64,000 nucleotides of DNA from contig CBDFFH010000002.1 in the NCBI GenBank assembly GCA_965246715.1, forward strand, positions 160,001-224,000. The letters are read 5' to 3'. Position 1 is the stretch's first letter; each line of letters opens with the position of its first letter. A program made the translations under genes and the position numbers. Below the pieces are notes generated by a model that saw only the letters and a program-made list of their open reading frames with translations, did not search any database and was not told the origin of the DNA. Positions 11,609-22,575 of this stretch are shown one piece after another. The DNA is from Chamaesiphon sp. Lineage in GTDB: Bacteria > Cyanobacteriota > Cyanobacteriia > Cyanobacteriales > Chamaesiphonaceae.

Positions 11609-14186
11609 ATGTTACTCCAAGAGCGCTCTACGATCGTAGTTATCGATGATTCCCTGGAAGATATCGAAACATATCGACGCTATCTCAGCCGCGATCGCCG
11701 CAACACTTACGATATTCACACTGCCCAATACGCCGCAGCGGGTCTAGAAATTTGTGAAGCACATTGGCCGGATGCAATCCTTCTAGACTTTTTCTTGCCT
11801 GACTTAAATGGCAGCGAATTTATCGAAGCACTTCAAGCCCGCTCGCATGGGCGGATTTTACCAGCGATCTTAGTCTTAACAGGTCAGGAAAATACCGAAA
11901 TTGCCGTTGCCTTGATGAAACAAGGTGCCAAAGATTACTTGCTCAAAAATAAAATCACCGAGCAAGGTTTACAATCGACATTAGCACAGACTTTTAGAAC
12001 GAGTACGATTGCAGCAAGCACTAAAAATCCAACAACGATGGCAGCAAGTTTTAACTGAGACAGCATTACGCATTCACCGCTCGCTCGACCTGACAGATAT
12101 TCTGCAAACTGCCGTCGATGAAATCAAGCAGTTCTTAAGTTGCGATCGCGCGATCGTCTATCAATTTGAAAAAGATTGGCGGGGAAACATCGTTGCTGAA
12201 GCGGTTGGAGCGCAGTGGAAGAGCGCTCTGGCAGCGCCCGTTGCCGATACCTGCTTTCAGGAAACTCATGGCGAGTTTTATCAAGCTGGTCGATCGAAAG
12301 CGCTCCAAGATATTTATCAAGCAGGGCTATCTGCCTGTTACATTGGCTTGCTGGAGGAGTTTCAAGTCCGGGCAGTTCTGGTGGTACCGATCTTACTCGC
12401 ACCAGATCCCCCAGCCAAACAGCCTCAACTGTGGGGATTTATCATCGCGCACCAATGTCAGGCTCCAAGACGCTGGACAGACAGCACTGTAGCGTTTTTA
12501 GACCAGCTAGCGGTGCAACTAGCGATCGCGATTCAACAGGCAGAGCTATTGAACAGACTCGATCGAGAGTTGCACCAACGCGAACGCACCGAACGCGATT
12601 TAAGCCATCAAACCCAAGAGCAACAGCGGTTGATTCGAGAATTAGCCCAAACAACCCAGCTGTTACAACAGCGCAATCGAGATCTCGACTCATTTGTGGC
12701 AGTCGCCACCGATGCGATTCTGCTCCGAGATCTAAACAATCGGATTCTATTTTGGAATAAAGGTGCCGAGCGGCTCTATGGCTGGAGTGCCGCCGAAGCG
12801 ATCGATCGAGATCTAAATACATTGCTATATCGAGATCCCTCACCAGCAGCAGCAACAGCATTCGAGATCGTGTTGCAACAAGGGGAATGGCAAGGCGAAC
12901 TGGAAAAAGTTACCAAAACCGGACAACCGGTCATCGTGCAAAGCCGGTGGACGCTAGTACGCGATGAGTCCCGCAATCCCAAAGAAATTCTCAGTGTCGA
13001 TACCGACATTACTGCGAAAAAACAACTGGAGCAACAGTTTCTGCGCGCCCAACGCCTGGAGAGCCTCGGCACCCTTGCCAGTGGCATCGCTCACGACATG
13101 AACAATGTCTTAACGCCGATTTTAGCCGCTTCGCAACTCCTGCCATTACGACTGCCCGATATCGATGAGCGCAGTCGATCGCTGTTACATATGTTAGAAG
13201 AAAGTGCCAAACGTGGGACTAACTTAGTACAGCAGATTTTATCGTTTGCGCGGGGGTCGGATGGTAGTCGAAATTTAGTCCAAATCCGACACGTCCTCTC
13301 CGAAGTAGTCCGCGTAGCGCGGCAAACCTTTCCTAAATCGATCGAGATCTCCCTCAATCTAGCAACTGTCGATTTATGGCCGATTTCTGCCGACTCGACC
13401 CAACTGCACCAGGTATTGATGAATTTGACCATCAATGCCCGCGATGCGATGCCAGCTGGGGGTATCCTGACGATTGCCGCTGACAATCTCGTGTTAGATG
13501 AAAATCATGCCCAGATGAATCGCGATGTGCGGAGCGGGCCTTATGTTATCGTCACGATCGTGGATACGGGCACTGGCATTTCCCCTGAAATCTTAGACCG
13601 GATCTTCGATCCATTTTTTACTACTAAAGAACCAGGCAAAGGCACAGGATTAGGATTGTCGACCACGTTGGGCATTGTCAAAAGTCATGATGGCTGGATG
13701 ACGGTTGCCAGTCAAGTGGGTCGGGGCACTGAGTTCGCGATCTATCTGCCTGCCGAAGTTACGCCCCAGACCGAGAGCGCGAGCGACACGCTAGCAATGC
13801 CGATCGGCAATGGTGAATTAGTGCTAGTCGTCGATGATGAAGCATCCGTCCGCGAGATTATCAAAGTATCGTTAGAAGCATCCAATTACCGAGTAAGGAC
13901 AGCCAGCGATGGGATTGAAGCGATCTCGATTTACGCTCGCTGTCGATCGGAGATTCAAGTCATTTTACTCGACCTGATGATGCCGTCGTTAGACAGTGTT
14001 TCTACTATTGGCGCTCTGCAACGAATCGATCCCAAAGTATCGATCGTGGTGATGAGTGGCCTTGTCGCAACCGAACCGATTAAAAATATGAGCGATGTCA
14101 ACGTGCAAGCGTTTATAGCCAAGCCGTTTACCTCACAGGTATTATTACACACATTACACCGACTGATAACCGATCGAGTCAGGTAA
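11609..14186 (+). pseudogene. hybrid sensor kinase REC-GAF(CBCR)-PAS-HisKA-HATPase-REC, split by one frameshift (ORFs 11609-12058 and 12009-14186)
   Basis: Removing one T from TTTT at 11992-11995 gives QTLERVRLQQAL joining both ORFs; GIAHDMNN H-box, [14 protein letters not shown]. Confidence 0.85.
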
Positions 14187-15224
14187 CTGGAGATTGGGGA
14201 AAAGATCCAGCCACATTTGTGAACGGTCTCATCCTTTAGAGAAGATCCTAAATTTACGGTAGCAAGTGCAAAAAGTTTGCTGCCGACTCAAAATTATGAA
14301 TCCAAATATTTAGCTAAACCACTTTGGTAAGTGATGGTCTTGCTGTTCGAGGTGCGATAAAACCCACCAACCAAAGGTCGTAAAGCTCAGTAAGAAGCAA
14401 GTGGACAAGAGATAAGCACTACAGATAACACGAACAATAGCAGGTGCAGAGACAGAATCGAACATGGTTCATGCAGCTCAAGGCTGTTGAGATTGTTAGC
14501 GAATTACTTTATATAAGTAATTCTGCGATCTACTACGCGGACTTGGCGGTGTTTTCCAGCACTTTAGGTGTGTGTTCTAGTGCCAGCATCGCTGGATCTA
14601 CCAGTTGCAACGAGACGATCGCTAATTGTCGTCAAAGAAGTTTCTTTGTCCGAGCAGCTCAGAAATCGAGCTACCGGTCTGGCGATCTGATGTTGAGGTG
14701 ACGAATTAATCTCTACCTATGCTTATTTTACCCCAATTTGTTAAGAAATGTTTAAGAGATTTTGACAATCTTGGATCGTCGGCTGAGGAGCCAGACGCTG
14801 TGGTTGTGGTGGAGGTTGCCCAACTCGAGCGTTTTCCATCAAAAAAATTTTGCAATTATCGCAATGGCTATCGTTTCGTTCCCAACGACCTATGATATCT
14901 CGCGCAAACTCACAAAGAAAGCAAATTCCCAGTTATCGATATACTTGTTGACAATTTGTGACTATTGGGGCAATGGCGTAAATTGACGGACACTAGCGGT
15001 TAAGTGGAGCGGGTGGAATGGTTAGCTTAATGGTACGATTTTGGAGGGCACGTCATTAAGCAAATTTATCGATCGAGCATGTTTACAGCAGCCGATCGAG
15101 CGCTTGGTTAAAGCGAATGCTTGCTTTTTGAAGCTCGATTGTTTTATTATCTTAACAGTTCAGTTAAGATTTGTAACAAAAGCTGGATCGTTCGCTACTT
15201 ATCCTTCACTAGGTCATAGTACTT

Positions 15225-16187
15225 ATGTCAATCTCACTCAAGTCCGCTCAGTCGATTTTCTCCAACACCCAGATTGCTGATGCCGTACCAGCTACTACTA
15301 GCGCGTTCGACCAACTCAGTGTTGAAGATCGATTAGCTTTACTTTGGTACGCTTATACCGAGATGGGTATAACGATCACTCCTGCGGCGACGGGTTCGGC
15401 AAGTATGGCACTAGCACAACCGCTGTTGGATCGAATCAAAGCGATGCAGCCAAACGAGCAGACTCAAGTGATGACTGACTTGGCAATGAACAACGACACC
15501 GAAATTTGCCGTAATTACACTGCATTCCGGATGAATACCAAACTTGGTTTTTGGTATGAATTGGGACAAATGATGAAACAGGGTTTGGTTGCACCGATTC
15601 CGTCTGGTTACGCAGCTTCACCTGAGGCAAATGCCGTACTCGAAAATATCAAGCAACTCGATGCGGGTCAACAGATTACGGTATTGCGGAACACTGTAGT
15701 GAACATGGGTTATGACCCTGCACGCGGTCAAGACTACGACAAACGCGAAGCTGCAGCAGTCACACCAAAATCTTTCTCCGATCGATCGCGCGCAGCGATC
15801 GAGGGTGTAGACAACTATACCGTGTTGAGCTACATCGACAACATGAATGCCTTTGACTTTGTTGCTGCATCCAGCTTATTTGCCGAAGAAGGTGCGCTCC
15901 AACCTCCTTTCCAAGCGCCAGTTGTCGGACAAGCCGCAATCCTCACGTACATGCGTGAAGAATGTACTGGCTTGAAAATGTTACCCGAGCGCGGTGTTGT
16001 CGAATCGATCGATGATGGTTACACGCAAGTCAAAGTAACTGGTAAAGTCCAAACTCCGTGGTTTGGTGCCAGCGTCGGCATGAACATCGCATGGCGTTTC
16101 TTGCTCGATCCTCAAGGTAAAATCTTCTTCGTCGCGATCGATCTTTTGGCTTCGCCGAAAGAATTGCTCAACTTACGTCGTGTGTAA
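15225..16187 (+). CDS. ocp: orange carotenoid protein
   Basis: LALLWYAYTEMG, KLGFWY, QQITVLRN, LQPPF, GKVQTPWFG, IDLLASPKELLNL. Confidence 0.96.
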   Translation: MSISLKSAQSIFSNTQIADAVPATTSAFDQLSVEDRLALLWYAYTEMGITITPAATGSASMALAQPLLDRIKAMQPNEQTQVMTDLAMNNDTEICRNYTAFRMNTKLGFWYELGQMMKQGLVAPIPSGYAASPEANAVLENIKQLDAGQQITVLRNTVVNMGYDPARGQDYDKREAAAVTPKSFSDRSRAAIEGVDNYTVLSYIDNMNAFDFVAASSLFAEEGALQPPFQAPVVGQAAILTYMREECTGLKMLPERGVVESIDDGYTQVKVTGKVQTPWFGASVGMNIAWRFLLDPQGKIFFVAIDLLASPKELLNLRRV

Positions 16188-16206
16188 GTAAGGGAATATG
16201 CGATCG

Positions 16207-16240
16207 GGGATAGAGATTATTCTCTATCCCTTATTTTTTT
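16207..16240 (+). terminator. intrinsic terminator of ocp
   Basis: gggatagag/ctctatccc hairpin then ttattttttt. Confidence 0.75.
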
Positions 16241-16358
16241 GTGTTGCTAAATTCAGAGATGATTTAGTTTAGAGGCAAACCCGCAAAATGTAGGGTAGTG
16301 GCAATTCATGAAGCGGTTGACCCAATCGATCGCTGACTTGTGATGAAACTAGACGATT

Positions 16359-17618
16359 TTAATCACCAGCGTCTCTAAGCTCGATGAGCTTGCGCGTTCT
16401 TTGCGGGATGACATTCGATGCAACTTGGAATTTAGCTGCCGCAGCACCCATTTTCATCGATAGCAACCGCTCGTCATCTAGCTGAATTTTAGCCACTGGT
16501 TTACTCGGCTTAATTGCCATCGCTCGAACGATTTGCTTGGCAACCGCACGCGCGAGTAATGGTGGGACAGAGTTACCAATCTGTCTACAACCATGCCATT
16601 TGGTAACGTGAAAGCGAAACCAATCGGGGTATGAATGTAGCCTTGCTGCCTCACGAACGGTAATGCACCGAGGTAAATAAGGATGTATCGGTCGGGGACT
16701 AGTATGTGCCCCACGATCGCTCCCCGTACCCGCTCTTAAGGTATTGCACAAACCATCGGGATGAAGTTTTAAAAACCTACTGATCGCTTCCGCTTTACCC
16801 ATTGGTGTGTTAGCAAATCTTTGCTCGATCTTTTTGGTATGCTGCGTTCGCATACTAGAGGTTAAAATCTGTGGATCGAAAGTTCTGAGATAACTATAAT
16901 CATGAGGATCTGTTAGCAATCCGCGCATGACTTTGGCATAGTCCGAACCCTGTAAAAATTTTGTTTTCACCCAATCTCGATCGAGTAATTCTGGAAATTT
17001 ATCGGCATCGGGAAGATCGCCAATTGCCTCCCAAACTGTGGTACGAGCGATCGGATCGGGATATATCGGGAGTGTCTCACCCACTCTTGCACCGATCAAA
17101 AATAACCTCCGGCGATCTTGCGGCACACCAAAATCAGCAGCATTTAATACTTGGTAGGGTAATAACACTCGATAGCCAATTTTATCGAATGTTTCGACGA
17201 TTTCTTGGAGAAATTGCTTGTGCTTTCCGATTGTTAAACCTTTAACATTTTCTAATACAAAATATTTAGGTTCGAGTTCGGTGACGATGCGTAAAAAGTG
17301 GAATACTAGCGAGTTACGCGGATCGTCGAGCGCACGTTTGCCCATCAGCGAAAATCCTTGACAGGGCGCACCACCACAAACAACATCGATGTCTCGTCGA
17401 TCGAGCTTAGCTAATTGACGAATTTCGGCACCACTCGTATCGATGACACTCTTACAAATCGTTGTGGTGTGGGGGAAATTAAACTCATGAATTGCGGCAT
17501 GAATCGGATCGATTTCTACAACAGCAGCAATATCAAAACCAGCTTGCTCGAATCCCAGACTCAATCCTCCTGCACCAGCAAACAAATCGATACAGATCGG
17601 ACGGTTGGACGGTTGCAT
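16359..17618 (-). CDS. orphan DNA (cytosine-5) methyltransferase, probably the CGATCG-specific (M.Ssp6803I-like) family
   Basis: DLFAGAGG, PCQGFS, ENV, QDRRR, RQIGNSVPP; no adjacent restriction enzyme; specificity inferred. Confidence 0.9.
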   Translation of the reverse strand: MQPSNRPICIDLFAGAGGLSLGFEQAGFDIAAVVEIDPIHAAIHEFNFPHTTTICKSVIDTSGAEIRQLAKLDRRDIDVVCGGAPCQGFSLMGKRALDDPRNSLVFHFLRIVTELEPKYFVLENVKGLTIGKHKQFLQEIVETFDKIGYRVLLPYQVLNAADFGVPQDRRRLFLIGARVGETLPIYPDPIARTTVWEAIGDLPDADKFPELLDRDWVKTKFLQGSDYAKVMRGLLTDPHDYSYLRTFDPQILTSSMRTQHTKKIEQRFANTPMGKAEAISRFLKLHPDGLCNTLRAGTGSDRGAHTSPRPIHPYLPRCITVREAARLHSYPDWFRFHVTKWHGCRQIGNSVPPLLARAVAKQIVRAMAIKPSKPVAKIQLDDERLLSMKMGAAAAKFQVASNVIPQRTRKLIELRDAGD

Positions 17619-17748
17619 GGGCGGTTAAAACGATCGCAAAGTCTGGAACTAAACCATATTATCATTCTGTGCTGAGTGAAAATGTCGAAAGTCCCGATGT
17701 CGCTACCACTCGGTCAATGATGCTAAGCTGAAATTATCGCATGTCAAT

Positions 17749-18195
17749 GTGCCAAACCCAATACTTATGAGAGTAGCAGCATTAGGATTAGATGTCGGTA
17801 GCAAGCGCATTGGGGTAGCTGGCTGCGATGGATTGGGATTGATCGCGACAGGGCTGACTACAATTTGGCGGAGTTCGTTTCAAGAGGATGTCGCTCGATT
17901 GGCTGAGATTATCAAAGAGCGCAATGTCGAACTGCTCGTTATTGGTTTGCCTTATACGATGGATGGAAATTTAGGCTCTCAAGCTAAACAAGTCCAGAAA
18001 TTTGCGCGGCGGATATCCGCAGCATTAGAATTACCGATCGAGTATGTAGACGAACGCCTGACTTCCTACGCCGCCGAACAAATGATGATCGCGGCGAAGA
18101 TCTCAGTATCGGAGAATAAAGCAACGATCGATCGGATCGCCGCCGCTGTTATCCTTCAACAATGGTTGGACGAGCGGGATCGAACCCAATCATAA
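17749..18195 (+). CDS. yqgF: YqgF/RuvX family nuclease
   Basis: LGLDVGSKRIGVA, IGLP, DERLTS, IDRIAAAVILQQWL. Confidence 0.92.
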   Translation: MPNPILMRVAALGLDVGSKRIGVAGCDGLGLIATGLTTIWRSSFQEDVARLAEIIKERNVELLVIGLPYTMDGNLGSQAKQVQKFARRISAALELPIEYVDERLTSYAAEQMMIAAKISVSENKATIDRIAAAVILQQWLDERDRTQS

Positions 18196-18199
18196 ATTC

Positions 18200-18345
18200 A
18201 TCTTTAAAATATCGTCCCCAACTAGAGCGCGCAATGCTAACGAGTGCGCCGGATTTTCGGATGCCTTATGAGAATGTATGGATGCCAATCGCTGGAACTA
18301 GCGAGCAGCTACATGGCTGGTGGGTTCCGGCGGCAATTTCATCGG
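18200..18345 (+). pseudogene. fragment of an alpha/beta hydrolase N-terminus
   Basis: YRPQLERAMLTSAPDFRMPYENVWMPIAGTSEQLHGWWVPA; no catalytic domain follows. Confidence 0.45.
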
Positions 18346-18523
18346 GAAAATTGAGCAATCGAAAATCTGAAACTAGAGATTGGGATCATTTCCATAGTGC
18401 GACCAGTGCAATAGTACGATGAAATGGATGTGATATTAAGTCAGAATAAAAAAGTCATTTACACCTCGGTCGAAGTGACTCCCAAAGAAACTAGATAACT
18501 AAAAAAACATTAATAAATTCATT

Positions 18524-19213
18524 ATGAGTATAGACCGCAAGTGGACATCTAAGAAAAAACGAGCACTAGAAGTATTGCTCAGACTGAAACGATTGTATCC
18601 AGATGCCACTTGTAGTCTAGATTATACAACTCCGGTTCAGCTATTAGTAGCGACAATTCTCTCAGCACAATGTACCGATGAGCGAGTGAACAAAGTTACT
18701 CCGACATTATTTGCCAGGTTTTCTGATGCTCGATCGATGGCATATGCAGATATCATCGAAATTGAAGAGTTAGTGCGATCGACTGGCTTCTATCATAACA
18801 AAGCTAAAAATATTCAAGGTGCCTGTCGCAAGATCGTCGAAGAATTTAATGGCGAAGTGCCTCAACTAATGGAGCAATTACTGACATTACCAGGCGTAGC
18901 AAGAAAAACTGCTAATGTTGTCTCTGCTCATGCTTTTGGGAATATTCAAGGCGTTACTGTCGATACCCATGTCAAACGGCTGACAAATTTACTCGGGCTA
19001 ACTCAGCATTTCGATCCGATTAAAATCGAGCAGGATTTAATGAAATTAATCCCGAAAGCAGATTGGGAAAACTTTTCAATTATGACCATCTTTCATGGTC
19101 GAGCGATTTGTAATGCCAGAAAACCTAATTGTCCCGATTGCGAGCTAGCAGAACTGTGTCCTTCAGCAAATCAGCCAGTCAGAGTAAAAACTAAGACTGG
19201 TGTTGGTAAATAA
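18524..19213 (+). CDS. nth: endonuclease III
   Basis: LSAQCTD, LPGVARKTA HhH, VDTHV, C-X6-C-X2-C-X5-C Fe-S motif. Confidence 0.95.
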   Translation: MSIDRKWTSKKKRALEVLLRLKRLYPDATCSLDYTTPVQLLVATILSAQCTDERVNKVTPTLFARFSDARSMAYADIIEIEELVRSTGFYHNKAKNIQGACRKIVEEFNGEVPQLMEQLLTLPGVARKTANVVSAHAFGNIQGVTVDTHVKRLTNLLGLTQHFDPIKIEQDLMKLIPKADWENFSIMTIFHGRAICNARKPNCPDCELAELCPSANQPVRVKTKTGVGK

Positions 19214-19244
19214 TCGATCGAGATCTATCCCAATTCGATCTTAG

Positions 19245-20834
19245 TTAAGCGGTGATTTTCAAATCTTTTAGAATAGCTGCTGCCGCGATCGCTCCTGTCG
19301 CACAGCCACCCTCCATATAGCCTTGAGCTTCGCTCGAACAATGTTCGCCGATAAAGAATAGATTGCCGACTCTTTCACCTTCAGAGCCAGCGAATTTAGT
19401 CCATTGTCCGACTAAATAACAAGCATAAGATCCGCGCGAGTAAGGTGCGTCGATCCAGTTGGTAACTAAAGATGTTCTTGAAGCTAAATTTTTAGTGCCT
19501 GGATAAATACGATCGAATTGCTCCGTTAATTGAGTATTAGCAACTGATGGTATCGATCGACCAAGTTTAATACCGAGATTACCACCGCTGAAATTAGTAA
19601 TTAAACCAATTTTATTGTCTGTATAACGAGTCGCTTCCCAGGTTTCACTGGTGTCTAGATTACTAAAAGATTGACCGTTAGATTTATACTTATTTCGCCA
19701 TAACCTGTCGCTATAGCTCGTAATTACTTTAGTATTCGTGCCATAGCCAATTTCTCGGATCGCAGCGCGTTTAGCTGCTGGTAAGCTTACTCCAAGATCG
19801 ATATGTCTGAGGACGCTAAATGGTAATGCGAGAATTACGCGATCGAATAGATATTCTTTGCTATTTTCACCCGATCGGAGACTGACTCGATAGCGATTAT
19901 TGGGAGTAGAACGGATCGATTCTAGATGCGTGTTTGTCTCGATGCGATCTCGCAATTTAGCTGCTAATCGATCGACGATCTGTTGATTGCCACCTTGGAT
20001 CTGATATCGCTGATCGCTATTCCCAAAAATCTCGATCTTATCTAGATTTTTGCCAATGAGTAATAATAAGTTAATTGCCGATTGCCGATCGATTTCTAGT
20101 CCGTATTCATTGGTATAGGCAACCTCAATGAATTGTCTCAAGATCGGATCGCGACAATAGCGATCGAGATAATCTGCAATCGACAGTCGATCGATTTGAG
20201 TAGCGAGAGGATTAGTAGACTTATAATTTACTTCACCGATAGCTTTGACATCGCGATCGATTTGTCGGGCTAGGGGTATGAATGCTTTAATTAATTCACT
20301 CTCGTTAACCGACCGATGATTAAAGAACCAAGTATCTTTGGTTAAATTGCGATCGGCAGCAAATAAATCTACTTCTACTAAGCCTAATTCTTTGGCTAAT
20401 TTCCGAATGTATTGATGCCCAGAATCGATGAATTCACCACCTAATTCTACAGTTGTTGGAGTACCCAGTGCCTTGGCACGACTGAGAATCCTACCCCCGA
20501 TGCGATTACTGGCTTCAACAATTCGGCTTGGTACGCCAGATCGATCGAGATAATAAGCCGCTGTCAATCCCGCAATCCCAGCACCGACAATCAACACGGG
20601 TGGCGTTGCTGCCTCAGCTTGGCAATGAAGTTGGCGATCCAATGCCAGCGCGGATAAGGTTCCAGCAGCCGCCAGAGAGCCTCGAAATAGGTTGCGACGA
20701 CTGATTCGCGATTCCCATATTTCTAGAGCTGTTGCTGGCAAAATTTTCTGGCGATCTGCAAATCTCGCAATTCGATAGCCGCAGCGTAACATCTGAATCA
20801 GATGAGTTCTAGCCATAAGGTCGCAGTTAAACAA
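19245..20834 (-). CDS. flavin monoamine oxidase family protein, possibly Tat-exported
   Basis: SRRNLF twin-arginine-like motif, GAGIAG, RIGGR, ELGGEFI, GEH..GYMEG. Confidence 0.85.
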   Translation of the reverse strand: MFNCDLMARTHLIQMLRCGYRIARFADRQKILPATALEIWESRISRRNLFRGSLAAAGTLSALALDRQLHCQAEAATPPVLIVGAGIAGLTAAYYLDRSGVPSRIVEASNRIGGRILSRAKALGTPTTVELGGEFIDSGHQYIRKLAKELGLVEVDLFAADRNLTKDTWFFNHRSVNESELIKAFIPLARQIDRDVKAIGEVNYKSTNPLATQIDRLSIADYLDRYCRDPILRQFIEVAYTNEYGLEIDRQSAINLLLLIGKNLDKIEIFGNSDQRYQIQGGNQQIVDRLAAKLRDRIETNTHLESIRSTPNNRYRVSLRSGENSKEYLFDRVILALPFSVLRHIDLGVSLPAAKRAAIREIGYGTNTKVITSYSDRLWRNKYKSNGQSFSNLDTSETWEATRYTDNKIGLITNFSGGNLGIKLGRSIPSVANTQLTEQFDRIYPGTKNLASRTSLVTNWIDAPYSRGSYACYLVGQWTKFAGSEGERVGNLFFIGEHCSSEAQGYMEGGCATGAIAAAAILKDLKITA

Positions 20835-20897
20835 CTAGGGATAGATTACTAACATAATTTATGTTGTATTCTTTATCACCAATGAGTTATGGAGATG

Positions 20898-20910
20898 TGC
20901 AGTAACCGCA
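20898..20910. promoter_or_regulatory. possible NtcB (LysR T-N11-A) site
   Basis: TGCAgtaacCGCA, about 50 bp upstream of the NtcA box. Confidence 0.4.
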
Positions 20911-20948
20911 TACTTTCAATGCATTTATCTCAAGACAACCCCGAAACT

Positions 20949-20990
20949 GTAACAAAAACTACCATTCTAAGGATAGCATTCCCGTAGCTT
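20949..20990 (+). promoter_or_regulatory. canonical NtcA-activated promoter of nrtP
   Basis: GTA-acaaaaac-TAC (20949-20962), 22 nt, TAGCTT (20985-20990) = GTAN8TAC-N22-TAN3T. Confidence 0.85.
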
Positions 20991-21072
20991 AGGTGTACTG
21001 AGATGCATTAGCCAGTTCGCGCAACTGCCTAATGCATCTCATCGATCGGCGTACAATTTTGGTTACAGCCTT

Positions 21073-22575
21073 ATGCTAAAGGGATTACTTTCGTTTAAAG
21101 GTTCATATCGAACCTTACACCTCACCTGGTTCGCTTTTTTTCTCACCTTCGTATGTTGGTTTAACTTTGCACCGTTTGCATCAGTCATTGGCAAAGAGCT
21201 ACATCTAGATGAGTCGCAAATCAAAACGCTCCTAATTTGCAACCTCGCAATTACGATTCCCGCACGGATTATCATTGGTGCATTACTCGATCGATATGGC
21301 CCCCGCATCACCTACTCGATCCTACTGATGTTTGCGATCGTCCCCTGTATTGCTACGGCTGTAGCCCAAGATTTTAACCAAATGGTGATCGCCCGTCTGC
21401 TGATGGGGATCGTCGGTTCTGGCTTCGTATTGGGAATTCGGATGGTTTCCGAGTGGTTCCCTCCCAAAGATATCGGCATGGCTCAGGGGATCTATGGCGG
21501 TTGGGGTAACTTCGGAGCCTTTGGTGCAGAATTTGCCTTACCAATCATTGCTACTAGTACAGCCTTTTTGGCTGGTGGTGCTACCAATTGGAGACTAACG
21601 ATCGTCTTAACTGGTGTAATTGCCGCGATCTACGGCGTAGTTTACTTTAATAGTGTCACCGATACGCCCCCTGGCAAAGAATACAAGCGTCCTAAGAAAT
21701 ACGGTGCGATGGAAGTCACCAGAGCCAGAGACTTCTTCGGCTTGTTAATTATGAACTTCGGGCTGATTTTTGCCTTGGGATTATTGGCATGGCGGTTGGC
21801 GCAACCGAAACTGCACTTCCTCAATCCTGGGCAGATGTATTTTATCTGGTTCGTACTCGCCGCTCTATATGCCTACCAAACTTATCAAGCTTGGTTAGTT
21901 AATCGCGATGTCGTGCTCGGCAAAAAACAATTTGCACCTGCCGAACGTTATGAATTCAGTCAAGTTGCTCTATTGCAACTTACTTATATCACCAACTTTG
22001 GTTCCGAACTAGCTGCTGTCTCGATGTTACCAGTTTTCTTTGAGAAAACCTTTGGCCTCCAACACGCCGCAGCGGCGATGATTGCGGCTACCTATCCCTT
22101 CCTCAACCTCTTTTCTCGTCCCACTGGTGGTTTTATCTCCGATAAATTCGGCAGTCGCAAATGGACGATGACGATTGTCTCGGGTTTGATTGGGGTGGGC
22201 TATCTTGCCGCTCATCAAATTAATAGTAGCTGGGCGTTACCTGTCGCGGTGGCGGTGACGATGTTTGCCGCCCTCTTCGCGCAAGCTGGTTGCGGTGGTA
22301 CCTATGCGATCGTACCGTTAATCAAGAAAGAAATTACCGGACAAGTCGCAGGTAATGTCGGGGCTTACGGCAACTTTGGCGGTGTTGTCTATCTGACAAT
22401 TTTCAGCTTGACTGATGCACCGACACTATTTGCGGCGATGGGTATGGGTGCGCTGATCTGTGCCTTCCTCTGTGCCTTCTTCCTCAAAGAACCCCGCAAT
22501 TCCTTTGGATTGGAGAATGAGCCTGAAGATCAACTCATTCCGATTCCTAGCAGTGAATTTGGAATGCGCGAGTAG
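21073..22575 (+). CDS. nrtP: MFS nitrate/nitrite transporter
   Basis: LHLTWFAFFLTFVCWFN, GIYGGWGNFG, NFGSEL, GAYGNFG; upstream of narB. Confidence 0.93.
   Translation: MLKGLLSFKGSYRTLHLTWFAFFLTFVCWFNFAPFASVIGKELHLDESQIKTLLICNLAITIPARIIIGALLDRYGPRITYSILLMFAIVPCIATAVAQDFNQMVIARLLMGIVGSGFVLGIRMVSEWFPPKDIGMAQGIYGGWGNFGAFGAEFALPIIATSTAFLAGGATNWRLTIVLTGVIAAIYGVVYFNSVTDTPPGKEYKRPKKYGAMEVTRARDFFGLLIMNFGLIFALGLLAWRLAQPKLHFLNPGQMYFIWFVLAALYAYQTYQAWLVNRDVVLGKKQFAPAERYEFSQVALLQLTYITNFGSELAAVSMLPVFFEKTFGLQHAAAAMIAATYPFLNLFSRPTGGFISDKFGSRKWTMTIVSGLIGVGYLAAHQINSSWALPVAVAVTMFAALFAQAGCGGTYAIVPLIKKEITGQVAGNVGAYGNFGGVVYLTIFSLTDAPTLFAAMGMGALICAFLCAFFLKEPRNSFGLENEPEDQLIPIPSSEFGMRE

Noticed and set aside
14200..15220. 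Short ORFs or an ncRNA in the 1-kb gap before ocp
   Set aside because: No recognisable motifs, RBS or structure that I can support.
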